A stretch of 64,000 nt of DNA from the NCBI GenBank assembly GCA_963727825.1, contig CAVSHO010000009.1, positions 32,001-96,000 on the forward strand. The letters are read 5' to 3'. The stretch is from Ignavibacteriota bacterium (lineage in GTDB: Bacteria > Bacteroidota > Ignavibacteria > UBA10030). Shown here piece after piece: positions 11,689 through 21,941 of the stretch. Every line of letters begins with the position of its first letter. The first letter of the stretch is position 1. The notes beneath the pieces are model-generated. The model ran no database searches, had not been told where the DNA came from, and saw nothing but the letters and a program-made list of their open reading frames with translations. The position numbers were made by a program, and so were the translations under genes.

Positions 11689-11872
11689 TAAAAGCTCCAT
11701 TAGTAAATCAGGCATAACCTGTCATAAAAATTCATTTGTAGAAATAAGGATTTCAATCCGTAAAATTCGTGGCGATCTTTTTCTCACGTTTTGTGAACTG
11801 CATGATCAGTCCAAAATGAGTATTTGACTTTTTTGTAGGCAGTATAAATAGAATCCGTTCTCTTCTCAATTA

Positions 11873-11905
11873 AATCAAAACCCCGGATAGACCGGGGTTT
11901 TGATT
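11873..11905 (-). terminator. Intrinsic terminator
   Basis: aatcaaaaccccgg-ataga-ccggggttttgatt perfect 14 bp stem. Confidence 0.75.
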
Positions 11906-11937
11906 GTATCATGTCATTATTAAGAAATGGCAAGAAG

Positions 11938-13708
11938 TTATTTCATCAAGACCATGCTCTTAGTAATTACATTATTTCCAGCTCTTAGTTCATATAAGTA
12001 AATGCCGCTCGACAAACCGGATGCATTGAAATTAACGTTATATGAATTAGCAGCCTGATAACCGTTTACCAGAGAAGCAACTTCCTGACCCAGCATGTTA
12101 TAGACTTTCAATGTGACATTTCCAGCCTTAGCAATTGAATAGCTTATAGTTGTGCTTGGGTTAAACGGATTCGGATAATTTTGCTGCAACTTGAACCCCT
12201 GTGGAAGCTCTTGTTGTGTAGTCGCAACACCAGTTAATTTCCCTGTGCTCAAGACATTCTGAATGCTAGCTAATTCAGTAGCTTCTTGAGCTTTCCACGT
12301 TGCATATTGAGTTGGGAACCAATCTAAGTCTCCAACCGGGAATTTACCAAGTCCGGCAGTCAACAAAGTAGCATCAGTATAGGAAAGATTAATAGGAATC
12401 GGCCAGTCAGCATAAGTGAAATAGGTGGCTTCTGGATTACTTGCTTGACGCCAGGATTTCAAACTACCCGTGAAAGATGTGTCAACTGTTTTTGTTGAAA
12501 AAGTTGCTATTGTCGTAAGCTGCGTCGTGAACAATACATCAGTATTTTTAAAAGTAGGTTTTGTATTCTCAATCCATCCTTGAACGTTGACTTTTGGATA
12601 GGTTGTCTTATTCGCAATTACGGCTAAAGTTCTTGAGTTCGCTTCAATCATCTGGGTGACCCACGCTGTATTGCCATCTACCTTGTTAGTATTTTCTGTT
12701 GCAGCGATAGTAGAAAGTGATGGATCCCAATAAACTAAGTTCTTGTCAGCATAAAAGCTTGCACCGTTAGCAGCAAAAGTGGAATCTCCTTTTAGGTTAA
12801 CAATACCCATAGGCAGGCCATCCGGATCAACTTCACCTACATCAACGTTTGAAAGGACAGAGCAATAGGGTTGTATCGTGGTATTTACAAAAATATTGTT
12901 TGTTACACTGAATTTCGGAATATCGGCAGCGGAATTCATAAACACATAACCGGAGCAATCAATGAAATCATTGTGATTGAAAAGATTTCTACCCGTACTA
13001 TATGTAGGTCGTGTTTTGAACAGACTGCCCTGGGTATTCACGAAAGTACAATTTTCAGCCATAATTGTATCCACGTTACCAAAGTAGTCAATAACACCGC
13101 CGTTACGCCTGCAAGTATGACCGTCGAGATTTACAAAGTAATCGTTCGTCAAGAAGCAGTCCATATTGGATGCGGGAGATATTACCACCCAAAAATTATG
13201 CTCTATAATACAGTTATCAACTCTGAGTTTCGTACTTGCGTTGCCATTAAAGAAGCCCCATCCTTCGCCGCCGGCAGAATTACCAATTTCAATATCGCAG
13301 TTTGCTACAGTCAAGTCACCACCAGGGGCTCACGTTCATGCCTCCTGTGGAGGAACCGCCTTGGTAAACAGCACCTTGAAGAATCGGCGGCGGAGTACCT
13401 GTATTTATTTTTAAAGATGTTTTTGTTTCACCCATAACAATAGTTTTATGCTTTCCACTCGATGTAGGATTATTAACGAGCGAATAAACTCCTGCGTTGT
13501 GCAGCATATATACACGAGTTGCCGGTGACAATGAGTCTGAATTCATAAGTGAATACAGAGTATTCTGGCCATTATAATCACCATCATCTTTTACCCAAAG
13601 AGTGTCGCCGCTTGTTTTCAAGATATATTGTGGATCAGGAGATCCCGTAGCAAATACCAATGATACTAGAAGCAACATCATACCGAAAAGTAATATCGCG
13701 TTCTTCAT
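11938..13708 (-). CDS. T9SS-secreted protein with probable beta-helix-like repeats, partner of the upstream TBDR; +1 frameshift in run at 13325-13328
   Basis: Signal peptide; VDNCIIE, ENCTFVN, VTNNIFVN repeats; QNYPNPFNP CTD; ORFs join as VSPGGDLTVANC if one C is removed. Confidence 0.75.
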
Positions 13709-13830
13709 ATTTAGAACTCCTTAACTGAGTTGTTTTTTGTAAATTTTAGTGAATTAGTTACGCTTTGTTTCTTTCTTTATGAATTCCATCTACCCCCTTC
13801 CTTTAAATATTATATTATTAGAATAGACCA

Positions 13831-16800
13831 TTAAAAAGAATATCTTAGATTCAGCTCGAATGTTGTCGGTGAATATAAGACTGAGACTAAGTTTTGAGTT
13901 ATTGGAGCATCCGGATTCACTCTGTAATTACGATATGTATTTATTCCATTGTGAAAAATATTTACTCCATTCAAAGCTATGCTCAAACCATCAATAGGCA
14001 GATTTTGTTTAAGCGTAAAATCCCATCTATAAATATTGCCGGTAAAGGAAGATTCTTCAGGCCTTATACCCACGTTGTTTATTATATTACCGGTCATACT
14101 AAATGATATACGACCGGAGAAGCCTTTATAGTCGACGCCGAGCGCAGCGTTCACCACATCGTCTGCCTGATTAATTAATCTTCCCTCATACGTCGTATCA
14201 ACAGTTATATATGTAGTCTGGTTCACTTTCCTGCCGTTGACTACGACCGGGATAAGAACCGGATTATTTTCAATTATACGATAAAGCGTATTTGATCCTG
14301 ATTTTGTGTAGTTTACATCTAACACAACAGAATTAAACGGTTTTGGCAAATACCAGAAATTTGTCTGCCAGTCAATTTCAACACCTCTAACAAAGCCGGG
14401 GTTAGGATTATTTAAAGAAGTATAAACTATATCTTGGGGCCTTGTTTGATAACTAAATCTGTCCATTAAAAATGCTGAGTCAGGAATGAAGGGGTTATTA
14501 GTGTACTTAGAAAGATTTCCATAGTAAACTTGGGTACCATACATTTGATTTTTTATTACTTTATAGAATCCGTCTATTGTAAATAGACCTATTGAATTAT
14601 CGTGAATAGTCGAAACAACATCACCGTTTTGTACTGTAGCAGGTAATAGGTATGGATTTCCTGCTTCATAATCTGCACCAGGATAAACAGCAAGTTTAGG
14701 AATAATTGCTGTATAATCCGGGCGGGAAATACCGGTCGTATAGGCAAGTCTACCATCGAACCAATCGTTAAATTTATATTGGAGCTGCACATCGGGAAAT
14801 ACATTTACATCCGTTCGGTTAACGTTGCAACTATTCCAGGGAACAGTGTGATTTATACCAGTATCATTGACAGCAATTTGGTTTCCATTTGTACAAATTG
14901 CGTCACCATAAACACTATGAATAACAAATGTAAAATTGGCATGGTAAATCATATTATAACTTTCGTAACGGGCACCGCCAAGTAAAGTTAACTTTGGCCC
15001 AATATTAAAAGTGCCCATCAAATAACCCGCTGAAAATTGCTCTGCACCGTTCCAATCATTTTTCCAGCTATCATCTTTCTTTACCTTGTCCGCCCAGCCT
15101 TGTTCTGATACTTTCAACCATGGATCATAGATATCCGGATCTATTACATACTTAAAACCTCCATTAGTAAAATTATAAAAACTATTTAGAAAATATTGCC
15201 CTCTCGTAAAATTAGGATCCATAACTTGTGTAAGTCTCAACTGATTTTGAGGAGTGAGGGTTACACCCGGAAAGTAATTATTTGATGCCGGATTTGCGTA
15301 CAAATCCCCAGGGCCATGGGCAAAATCCTCATCGACATTATTTTCACGTGTCGTTCTTATATACTTACCGCCCATTTTAAATTTTGCCGTAAAATCATTA
15401 GAAAAGTTAACCGGCGCCGTTACATCAAAAGATCCATTATATAAGTGCTGGCGAAACTGATTGGCGATATCAGAAACCCATCCTGCTATCGTTGCACTAT
15501 CAGCATCTGCCGGGTTGAGATTGTCAAGGATTTGACATGCTTGCGTAAGTGTCATATTACGCTCTGCGGTAGAGGAATAATATGTTATCGGCTGGCCATT
15601 AGAGACACCAAATGGTGCATTATAACTAGACTGATTTGTAAAATCGGTCCATGGATTATACGCATGCCCAAATATTGTATATTGTTCTGTGGCAGAGTGC
15701 GATAAGCTTGCTTCTATTTTTATATCACCAAAAGTATTTTCTACCTGAAGTGCATTAATCCATAAATCCTTTCCATACAGTTCGCGATCAGCGGTATAGA
15801 TTACACTCGTACCATCAAAACCTAGTTGAATCTGGCTATTATTTTGATCCGTAACATTACCGGCATAAGTATTCTGCAAAACTATTTTACCATTCGGAAG
15901 TTTATAATCCAGTATCAGACTCCCGCCGCTGTTTTTGACAAGATCGTCATCGTATTCGAAGTTTGCACCTGTAGCATGGTAGGTAGCCTGACCGTATGCT
16001 AAACTGCCTGATCCATCGATTGTCTCTGAAAGGGAAGCGGATTGGTTCCCTCCATCAGAACGGTCCATATTCCCTTGTATGAAAACACCTAATTTATCAT
16101 CAAAGAAACGCTGACTGATACTTGCCCAAAACTTATAATTATCTGCTACATGATCTGACGCATTGTAATTCCCTTGACTTAGCACGTCAAAATGAAGACC
16201 CGATTGGGCTTCCCTTATTTTTAAATTAACAGCGCCGCCAATTGTATTTGCATCCATATCCGGCGTAAGTGCTTTTATGACTTCAATGCCGGAGAGCAAA
16301 TTTGATGATATAAAACCAAGATTTGTTGCACGGTTGTTCATGTCCGTTGAAGGTAATTCAATACCATTTAATAGGACTTGATTCAATTTAGCCTGGACTC
16401 CACGGATAACTACCTCGTCCCCGTTCATAAGGGAAACACCGGGTAAGCGGCTCAGTGCAGTAGCTGCATTATCATCAGGAAGCTCATGGATTCTTTCAGA
16501 AGAAACAACATTGGTTATTGTGTTGGAAGATAGCTGCTGGTTGATTGCCGCTTTCTGCCCTCTCGCCTGAGCGGTTACAATGACTTCTTCGCCTTCAATG
16601 GCTTGAGCCTTGAGTGAAAAATTTTGCTCCAGCTTTTCACCCGATTTCACTTCTATAGGAATTTCTTTCCCTTGATAACCAATGTAGCTAACTTTTATTG
16701 TGTATGAACCGGCAGGAATCGAGTTTATAGTATATTTACCATCAATATCAGATGGACATCCCAAGCTGGTACCTTTTATTAAAACATTTGCCCCGTACAA

Positions 16801-16926
16801 AGCCTCACCGGTTGTTGCATCTGTTATAGTGCCTTGAATTTGTCCTGATTCCTGTTGCGCCAACAGGAAAGGAGTACCAAGCAACAGAATAGAAATGAAT
16901 GCGAAAATTTTTATAAAAGTTTTCAT
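13831..16926 (-). CDS. TonB-dependent receptor (carboxypeptidase-regulatory-like N-domain, plug, barrel), non-SusC type
   Basis: IQGTITDATTGEAL; plug motif IEVIKALTPDMDANTIGGAVNL; C-terminal LNLRYSF. Confidence 0.93.
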   Translation of the reverse strand: MKTFIKIFAFISILLLGTPFLLAQQESGQIQGTITDATTGEALYGANVLIKGTSLGCPSDIDGKYTINSIPAGSYTIKVSYIGYQGKEIPIEVKSGEKLEQNFSLKAQAIEGEEVIVTAQARGQKAAINQQLSSNTITNVVSSERIHELPDDNAATALSRLPGVSLMNGDEVVIRGVQAKLNQVLLNGIELPSTDMNNRATNLGFISSNLLSGIEVIKALTPDMDANTIGGAVNLKIREAQSGLHFDVLSQGNYNASDHVADNYKFWASISQRFFDDKLGVFIQGNMDRSDGGNQSASLSETIDGSGSLAYGQATYHATGANFEYDDDLVKNSGGSLILDYKLPNGKIVLQNTYAGNVTDQNNSQIQLGFDGTSVIYTADRELYGKDLWINALQVENTFGDIKIEASLSHSATEQYTIFGHAYNPWTDFTNQSSYNAPFGVSNGQPITYYSSTAERNMTLTQACQILDNLNPADADSATIAGWVSDIANQFRQHLYNGSFDVTAPVNFSNDFTAKFKMGGKYIRTTRENNVDEDFAHGPGDLYANPASNNYFPGVTLTPQNQLRLTQVMDPNFTRGQYFLNSFYNFTNGGFKYVIDPDIYDPWLKVSEQGWADKVKKDDSWKNDWNGAEQFSAGYLMGTFNIGPKLTLLGGARYESYNMIYHANFTFVIHSVYGDAICTNGNQIAVNDTGINHTVPWNSCNVNRTDVNVFPDVQLQYKFNDWFDGRLAYTTGISRPDYTAIIPKLAVYPGADYEAGNPYLLPATVQNGDVVSTIHDNSIGLFTIDGFYKVIKNQMYGTQVYYGNLSKYTNNPFIPDSAFLMDRFSYQTRPQDIVYTSLNNPNPGFVRGVEIDWQTNFWYLPKPFNSVVLDVNYTKSGSNTLYRIIENNPVLIPVVVNGRKVNQTTYITVDTTYEGRLINQADDVVNAALGVDYKGFSGRISFSMTGNIINNVGIRPEESSFTGNIYRWDFTLKQNLPIDGLSIALNGVNIFHNGINTYRNYRVNPDAPITQNLVSVLYSPTTFELNLRYSF

Positions 16927-17884
16927 AGCGAACTCTCATAATTGGTGATAGATAATGAGTTTTATGTAAGAATAAAATTAAGAGAAATATTTTTCTAAAT
17001 TTCTTGTTGTAAATGGATATGCTGCAAGGGTAACAGATGGAGAGAATAATCCAAGGCACCAATCGATGTTCTGATTTTCAATTCTATGAAGCATTGCTAA
17101 TTCCATCTTCACGTCCACAAGGTTCAATAAAATATTTTTTTCTTGAAACAAGCGAATAGCTATCGCCGAGAATTGAACAGACTTTAACTGCTTCGATATT
17201 AATTAAATCTGTTTAACAAAGCAAGCTTTTTTTTATTTTTTTTAAAAAAATTTTCCTACTAACAAGAAAATCCTTCTCCGCCTTCATACCTGCATTATAA
17301 ATAATATTACCCATGAATTTATATATATTGATTCTTTTATGTCCGACCCAGATGTTTATAAAAACTAAAGAGTTATTTTTCTTTTAACAATAAAATTTGT
17401 GTTTAGTTTAGTAATGTATGTAGTGATATATACCCGTTTGTTACAAATATCAAAATTGGAACGAAATTGTTCGAATATTCAACACCACGTCATACATCAT
17501 ACATGCGAATAACAATTCATTGCATTTTTTATTGCACCATATAGTGTTGTCTTATATATATGCAGTGTAAAGAGGCTGATGACATAACTACTATATTTTT
17601 ATCCCGACGGGTAAAAATGGGCAATCTCTCCCATTTGCTTTATGCGATGCATTAGTTCCTGCTTGAATGTATCGTGCCTGTGAAGAAACTCCTCTCGAAA
17701 CGTGCATTTTATTATTTGTGCTTATACAACTTTACCTTTCGGATACCATACTCTTTTCCAGTTAGGCACAAGTGCCTTCCATGGTGATCTTCATCTGTAT
17801 TCTAGGCATGGCCAGCAACTCAATTTTCTTTTATAAATGCGCCTTCCTCTATTATAATGGTGATCACGGCATTCGTTCCAGCAT

Positions 17885-18001
17885 TAATAAACATCCTCGC
17901 AGTCCCGCTTAGCGGGAGTCTAACGTTCTGGATTCCTCCCGACTTTGTCGGGACGGGAATGATGCCGCAAGCAGCGGGGTATTAGACCCGAAAAGAATAA
18001 A
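17885..18001. repeat. Nested palindromic (REP/MITE-like) element, copy 1
   Basis: taataaacatcctcgcagtcccgc...ctggattcctcccgactttgtcgggacgggaatga...cccgaaaagaataaa; second copy at 42357-42506. Confidence 0.85.
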
Positions 18002-18290
18002 AGATTGAAAAAATATTATAACATCGCTCCGGGTTATATAGAATTGAAACAAAAATAAATTTTAAAAAATGAAATAAATCTATTCGGTTATGCTGAAAAA
18101 ATATTTATCAAATTTTACTTACTTGTTGATATATTATTTTTGCGAAGGAAATCTCGTATCGCAATAAAATAGAAACCGTTCTCTGGTGCTGACTGAAGAT
18201 AAAACTGATAGTTAGAATATAAGCAATAAAAAAATACGTTTATAACGCATCGAAGAATCCTTCTACAAATAGTTATCCAAGTTCAAATAT

Positions 18291-18400
18291 AAAAAATCCC
18301 GGCTTGCTGTCGCAGGTCGGGATTAAAAGTATATAAATCCTTTTTCTAAAACAAGGTATAAATATAAGTGCGACTCACTTATGCAGTGAGCCACACTTAT
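18291..18400 (-). terminator. Two hairpins downstream of the FG-GAP gene
   Basis: ataagtg..ctcact/agtgag..cacttat (18364-18400) and aatcccg...cgggatt with a T tract on the minus strand. Confidence 0.45.
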
Positions 18401-18413
18401 TTAAAAGAAGATA

Positions 18414-21400
18414 TTACTTCATGAAAAGTAGTTTCTTCACAGAAGTAAAGTTAGATGATCCATCCTGACTTCGAGCCTCAATTCGATAGAAATAAACACC
18501 GCTGCTCAAATGCGATGGATTCCATTCAACCTGGTACCTATTGGCCACTTGGATACCATCGACAAGATTCGATACAACTCTACCAAGGACATCAAAGACT
18601 ATGAGTTTCACATACGATGCTTTTGGAAGCTCATAACTTATTGTCGTTGAAGGATTGAACGGGTTCGGATAGTTCTGCAGCAACGAGTAATCCTTCGGAA
18701 TTTCAGTAAGCTGTTGTGTTACACCAGTGACGCCGTATCCGGAAACAAAGTGTGATGATGCCGAAAATGCACCTTCACCAGCCACATCAATAGAACTTAC
18801 ATGCCAATAATATATTGTGGCTGCAAGCAATGTATCTTTGATCAAGTACGACGTATCCTGTATAGTAGCATCTTCTACAAGATACGGTTGGGTGAAATTA
18901 TTATTTGTTGCAGCAACCTGGAAATGATACCATATTGCATTTGCAGCTTTGTTCCAAACAAAATTTGTCCTTCTCGGTTCTGCAGAAGTGTTTTTCGGAG
19001 ATACACAAATAGGTGGACTGGCTAATTCGATCACAGTCGTGAATGAATCTACTGGAGTGAATGCACTCCATCCAGCTTGGTTGCCCACTTGTACCATCCA
19101 ATAATATCTCGATCTGTTTGAGAGACCCGTAAGCGTAAGAGTCGGGTTTTGCCTTGATGTATCAGATCTGAATTCTTTCCCACCATTTACGTATGTCCAT
19201 GTCTGGAACACATACATACTATCTGCATCCACTTTTTGAACTTTGAAGACCAACGTATCGGCACGTGTATCTGCCTGATTATGCGTAGGATACAGAAGCA
19301 TTGTAGCCAGCGGGAGATACTGGATCGTAAACGAATCTACCGATGAAAATGCAGAAGCACCGGCTGCATTCCAACCACGCACACGCCAATAATACATCCT
19401 GCCAGGTGTTAAAGCACTCATTACCTTGAATGTATCGATCACAGTGGTTGAATCATTGAATAGAAGTGCCTTTGTAATTTTATTAGCAGCAATTGTAGCA
19501 GTATCTCTTGTTATAAATACATTCATCGTATCCAACTGGAAATTATATATATATGCTTCCGGTGTGCTGCTGCAAACCAATTTCGGTGTGATGGATAAGT
19601 GTAATTGGTTCGTTGTTGGTGAAAGTTTTTTCGGTACCGTTGTCGCAGGTGTCATGTTTGTCCGGAAGCTATCGACAGCAGAATATACGGTAACGAAACT
19701 ACCGCTCGCTGCTTTAACATTCCAGTATAATTTAGACGCAAGAGGAACTTTCACAACTTTAAATGTGTCAGTTACTGATGTGAAAGACTGTAAAATTGTT
19801 GACATCGCTTTGTTTGTACCAATTTGAACTGTATACTGGATGGGTACTGTTCCACCTGTCACTTTGTTCCACTTCAGAGTGTTACTAGAAGTTAAGACTG
19901 TATCTCCTGCCGTCCAGGACGGCCGCGAAGTTGTAGGTGCTGCCACGACAAGCGATCCTTCATAAAGTGTCGTATAACTATTAACTGTAAAAGCAGAACC
20001 AGCCCATGTTTGTTTTACTCCATCAGGCCACGTTGCTGAAACGCTATCAACAGCTGTCGCAGTGCCGAGACCGAAGTTTGCCCATAGATCTCCGCCAATA
20101 CCTTCAGAGCCGGCATCTGCTCTAATGTAGCGGATTTGCTTTACACCTCCAGCATACACTGTAAACCTTGCTCCAATAGCCGATACGTTATGACCTATGC
20201 CGACAGGTCTGAAGCCAATCCATTTGTTAGTGTTAGTGCCGGCGTTGTTCTTCAGCAAATCAATAGTGCCACCTGTATAAGAGAAAATATCGAGCCAGCC
20301 GTCGTTGTTGTAATCAACAAAGGCTCCGCCGCGCATTCCTAGGGCTACCCCAGTCAAACCATCGGTAGCTGTTACATTAGTGAAAGTGCCGTCGCCATTG
20401 TTTCTTAGCAGAGTGTTCGTTCCGTCGACGGTTAATATGTCTAACTTTCCGTCATTATTGTAATCACCCGCGGCCCATGAACGTATATAAGTATTTACAG
20501 GCAATCCGTTAGTTGCAACGATGGGTTTGGTAACATCATACTTATATGTGAATGTGCCGTCACCCTTTCCATAGATAATAACAACATTCCTTAAAGCTCC
20601 ATAGCCATCGAAGTTATTTGCACCATTCGAAGCAAATAATATATCCAAGTTGCCATCATTGTTAAAATCACCGACTACATGTGCGAGACCTTCAAAGTGG
20701 CGCACTGTATCGTCGACAATAATTCCCGTATCGACCTTAGTGCCGGCATATATAGTTCCGAGTCCAATTGTTGAGATAGAATCAATCTCATAGATTGTGC
20801 GCTTAAGCGTTGCTGCGGTCGGAACAAAGAATTTGCCGGTTCCATCATTTATGAACAGGACACTTCCTTCTCTAGACCCAGATGTTGTGCCATCGTAAAA
20901 CTTCGAAAACCCATTTCGGTAACTCGGCATCAATAAATCGGGATAACTGTCATTATTCGCATCGAAGAACGATACATTCCAAGCTTCATACGTAAGGTTT
21001 TCATCTATACTCGGAGAGGCTGCACCTCTTCCCATATTGGTAAAGCCGTTTGAGCCTCCTTTAAGCAGCCATATACCACCGCCAGGTGTTGAGTTGGTGC
21101 TGTTCCCGGCAATCGGACTCCCAGTCGCAGTTCCAGGCCAAGCAAGGCTCAAGTAACCACTGTGGTCGATATCTGCTGCCGAAATTCCACCGAAACTAGT
21201 GGTATTAGCTCCCGCGGTCGCAAGGTCGCCAGTTCCGGTCATTGGTGTAAATGATGTACCACCATTATTGATATATAGAAGCGTGACGTTGCTAGTCTGA
21301 GCCATCTCAAACACATCAGGCTTCCCGTCGCCGTTAAAATCGGCAAACGCCATGGCGCATGCGTCTACTCCTGCTGGAAGATTCGCGGACGTTAACTGAG

Positions 21401-21620
21401 AAAAAGCTGTAATCGAGTTTAACATTAAGTTATTTGAACGGAAAAGGACATCCAGAGTATTGTTTCCATCCACATCTCCCCATGTGAAGCCGCTGTTGCT
21501 TCCGGCATTCGGTATAGCAATTACCGGACCGGGAGCGTACGTCACTTCCTGTGCCATGAGAGTACCTATCCCTAATAAGAAAAGTACTCCGCACATAGAT
21601 GCGCGGATAAAAGTTTTCAT
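18414..21620 (-). CDS. T9SS-secreted FG-GAP/VCBS repeat + ASPIC/UnbV (CRTAC1-like) + FnIII-like protein
   Basis: Repeated D-x-N-x-D-G-x-x-D motifs (DFNGDGKPD, DFNNDGNLD, DYNNDGKLD, DYNNDGWLD); SAIGARFTV...FGLG...WPDG; YYWRVR FnIII-like units; CTD. Confidence 0.85.
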   Translation of the reverse strand: MKTFIRASMCGVLFLLGIGTLMAQEVTYAPGPVIAIPNAGSNSGFTWGDVDGNNTLDVLFRSNNLMLNSITAFSQLTSANLPAGVDACAMAFADFNGDGKPDVFEMAQTSNVTLLYINNGGTSFTPMTGTGDLATAGANTTSFGGISAADIDHSGYLSLAWPGTATGSPIAGNSTNSTPGGGIWLLKGGSNGFTNMGRGAASPSIDENLTYEAWNVSFFDANNDSYPDLLMPSYRNGFSKFYDGTTSGSREGSVLFINDGTGKFFVPTAATLKRTIYEIDSISTIGLGTIYAGTKVDTGIIVDDTVRHFEGLAHVVGDFNNDGNLDILFASNGANNFDGYGALRNVVIIYGKGDGTFTYKYDVTKPIVATNGLPVNTYIRSWAAGDYNNDGKLDILTVDGTNTLLRNNGDGTFTNVTATDGLTGVALGMRGGAFVDYNNDGWLDIFSYTGGTIDLLKNNAGTNTNKWIGFRPVGIGHNVSAIGARFTVYAGGVKQIRYIRADAGSEGIGGDLWANFGLGTATAVDSVSATWPDGVKQTWAGSAFTVNSYTTLYEGSLVVAAPTTSRPSWTAGDTVLTSSNTLKWNKVTGGTVPIQYTVQIGTNKAMSTILQSFTSVTDTFKVVKVPLASKLYWNVKAASGSFVTVYSAVDSFRTNMTPATTVPKKLSPTTNQLHLSITPKLVCSSTPEAYIYNFQLDTMNVFITRDTATIAANKITKALLFNDSTTVIDTFKVMSALTPGRMYYWRVRGWNAAGASAFSSVDSFTIQYLPLATMLLYPTHNQADTRADTLVFKVQKVDADSMYVFQTWTYVNGGKEFRSDTSRQNPTLTLTGLSNRSRYYWMVQVGNQAGWSAFTPVDSFTTVIELASPPICVSPKNTSAEPRRTNFVWNKAANAIWYHFQVAATNNNFTQPYLVEDATIQDTSYLIKDTLLAATIYYWHVSSIDVAGEGAFSASSHFVSGYGVTGVTQQLTEIPKDYSLLQNYPNPFNPSTTISYELPKASYVKLIVFDVLGRVVSNLVDGIQVANRYQVEWNPSHLSSGVYFYRIEARSQDGSSNFTSVKKLLFMK

Positions 21621-21762
21621 GTTTCCTCCAAGATTTATTATTGTTGAATAGTTAATTAACTAATTTCATAATAATAGCACACACCTAATGAGGGTAATCC
21701 AAAATTACTATCATTAAAAACATTTGTCTTGACCGTTGAATCTCATTTTGAATTAAACCACC

Positions 21763-21941
21763 TCCTTCAATACTCATAATCTGTCGTTACACAATACACT
21801 CGTTGGGCCAGCTACGGAGATCCGTAGAAAGGACCTCCGATCGGGACGAAAAGAATTCAATTAGAAATACTACTTCATGAGAACCAATTTCTTAGTGTCA
21901 GAAAAACTTCCAGATTGCAGCCGATAGAAATATACGCCGCT
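21763..21941 (-). repeat. About 180 bp near-identical repeat, copy 2
   Basis: Matches 2330-2509. Confidence 0.9.

Noticed and set aside
17600-17880. Possible decayed coding remnant on the minus strand beside the palindromic element
   Set aside because: Short frames with stops and no family I can recognise with confidence
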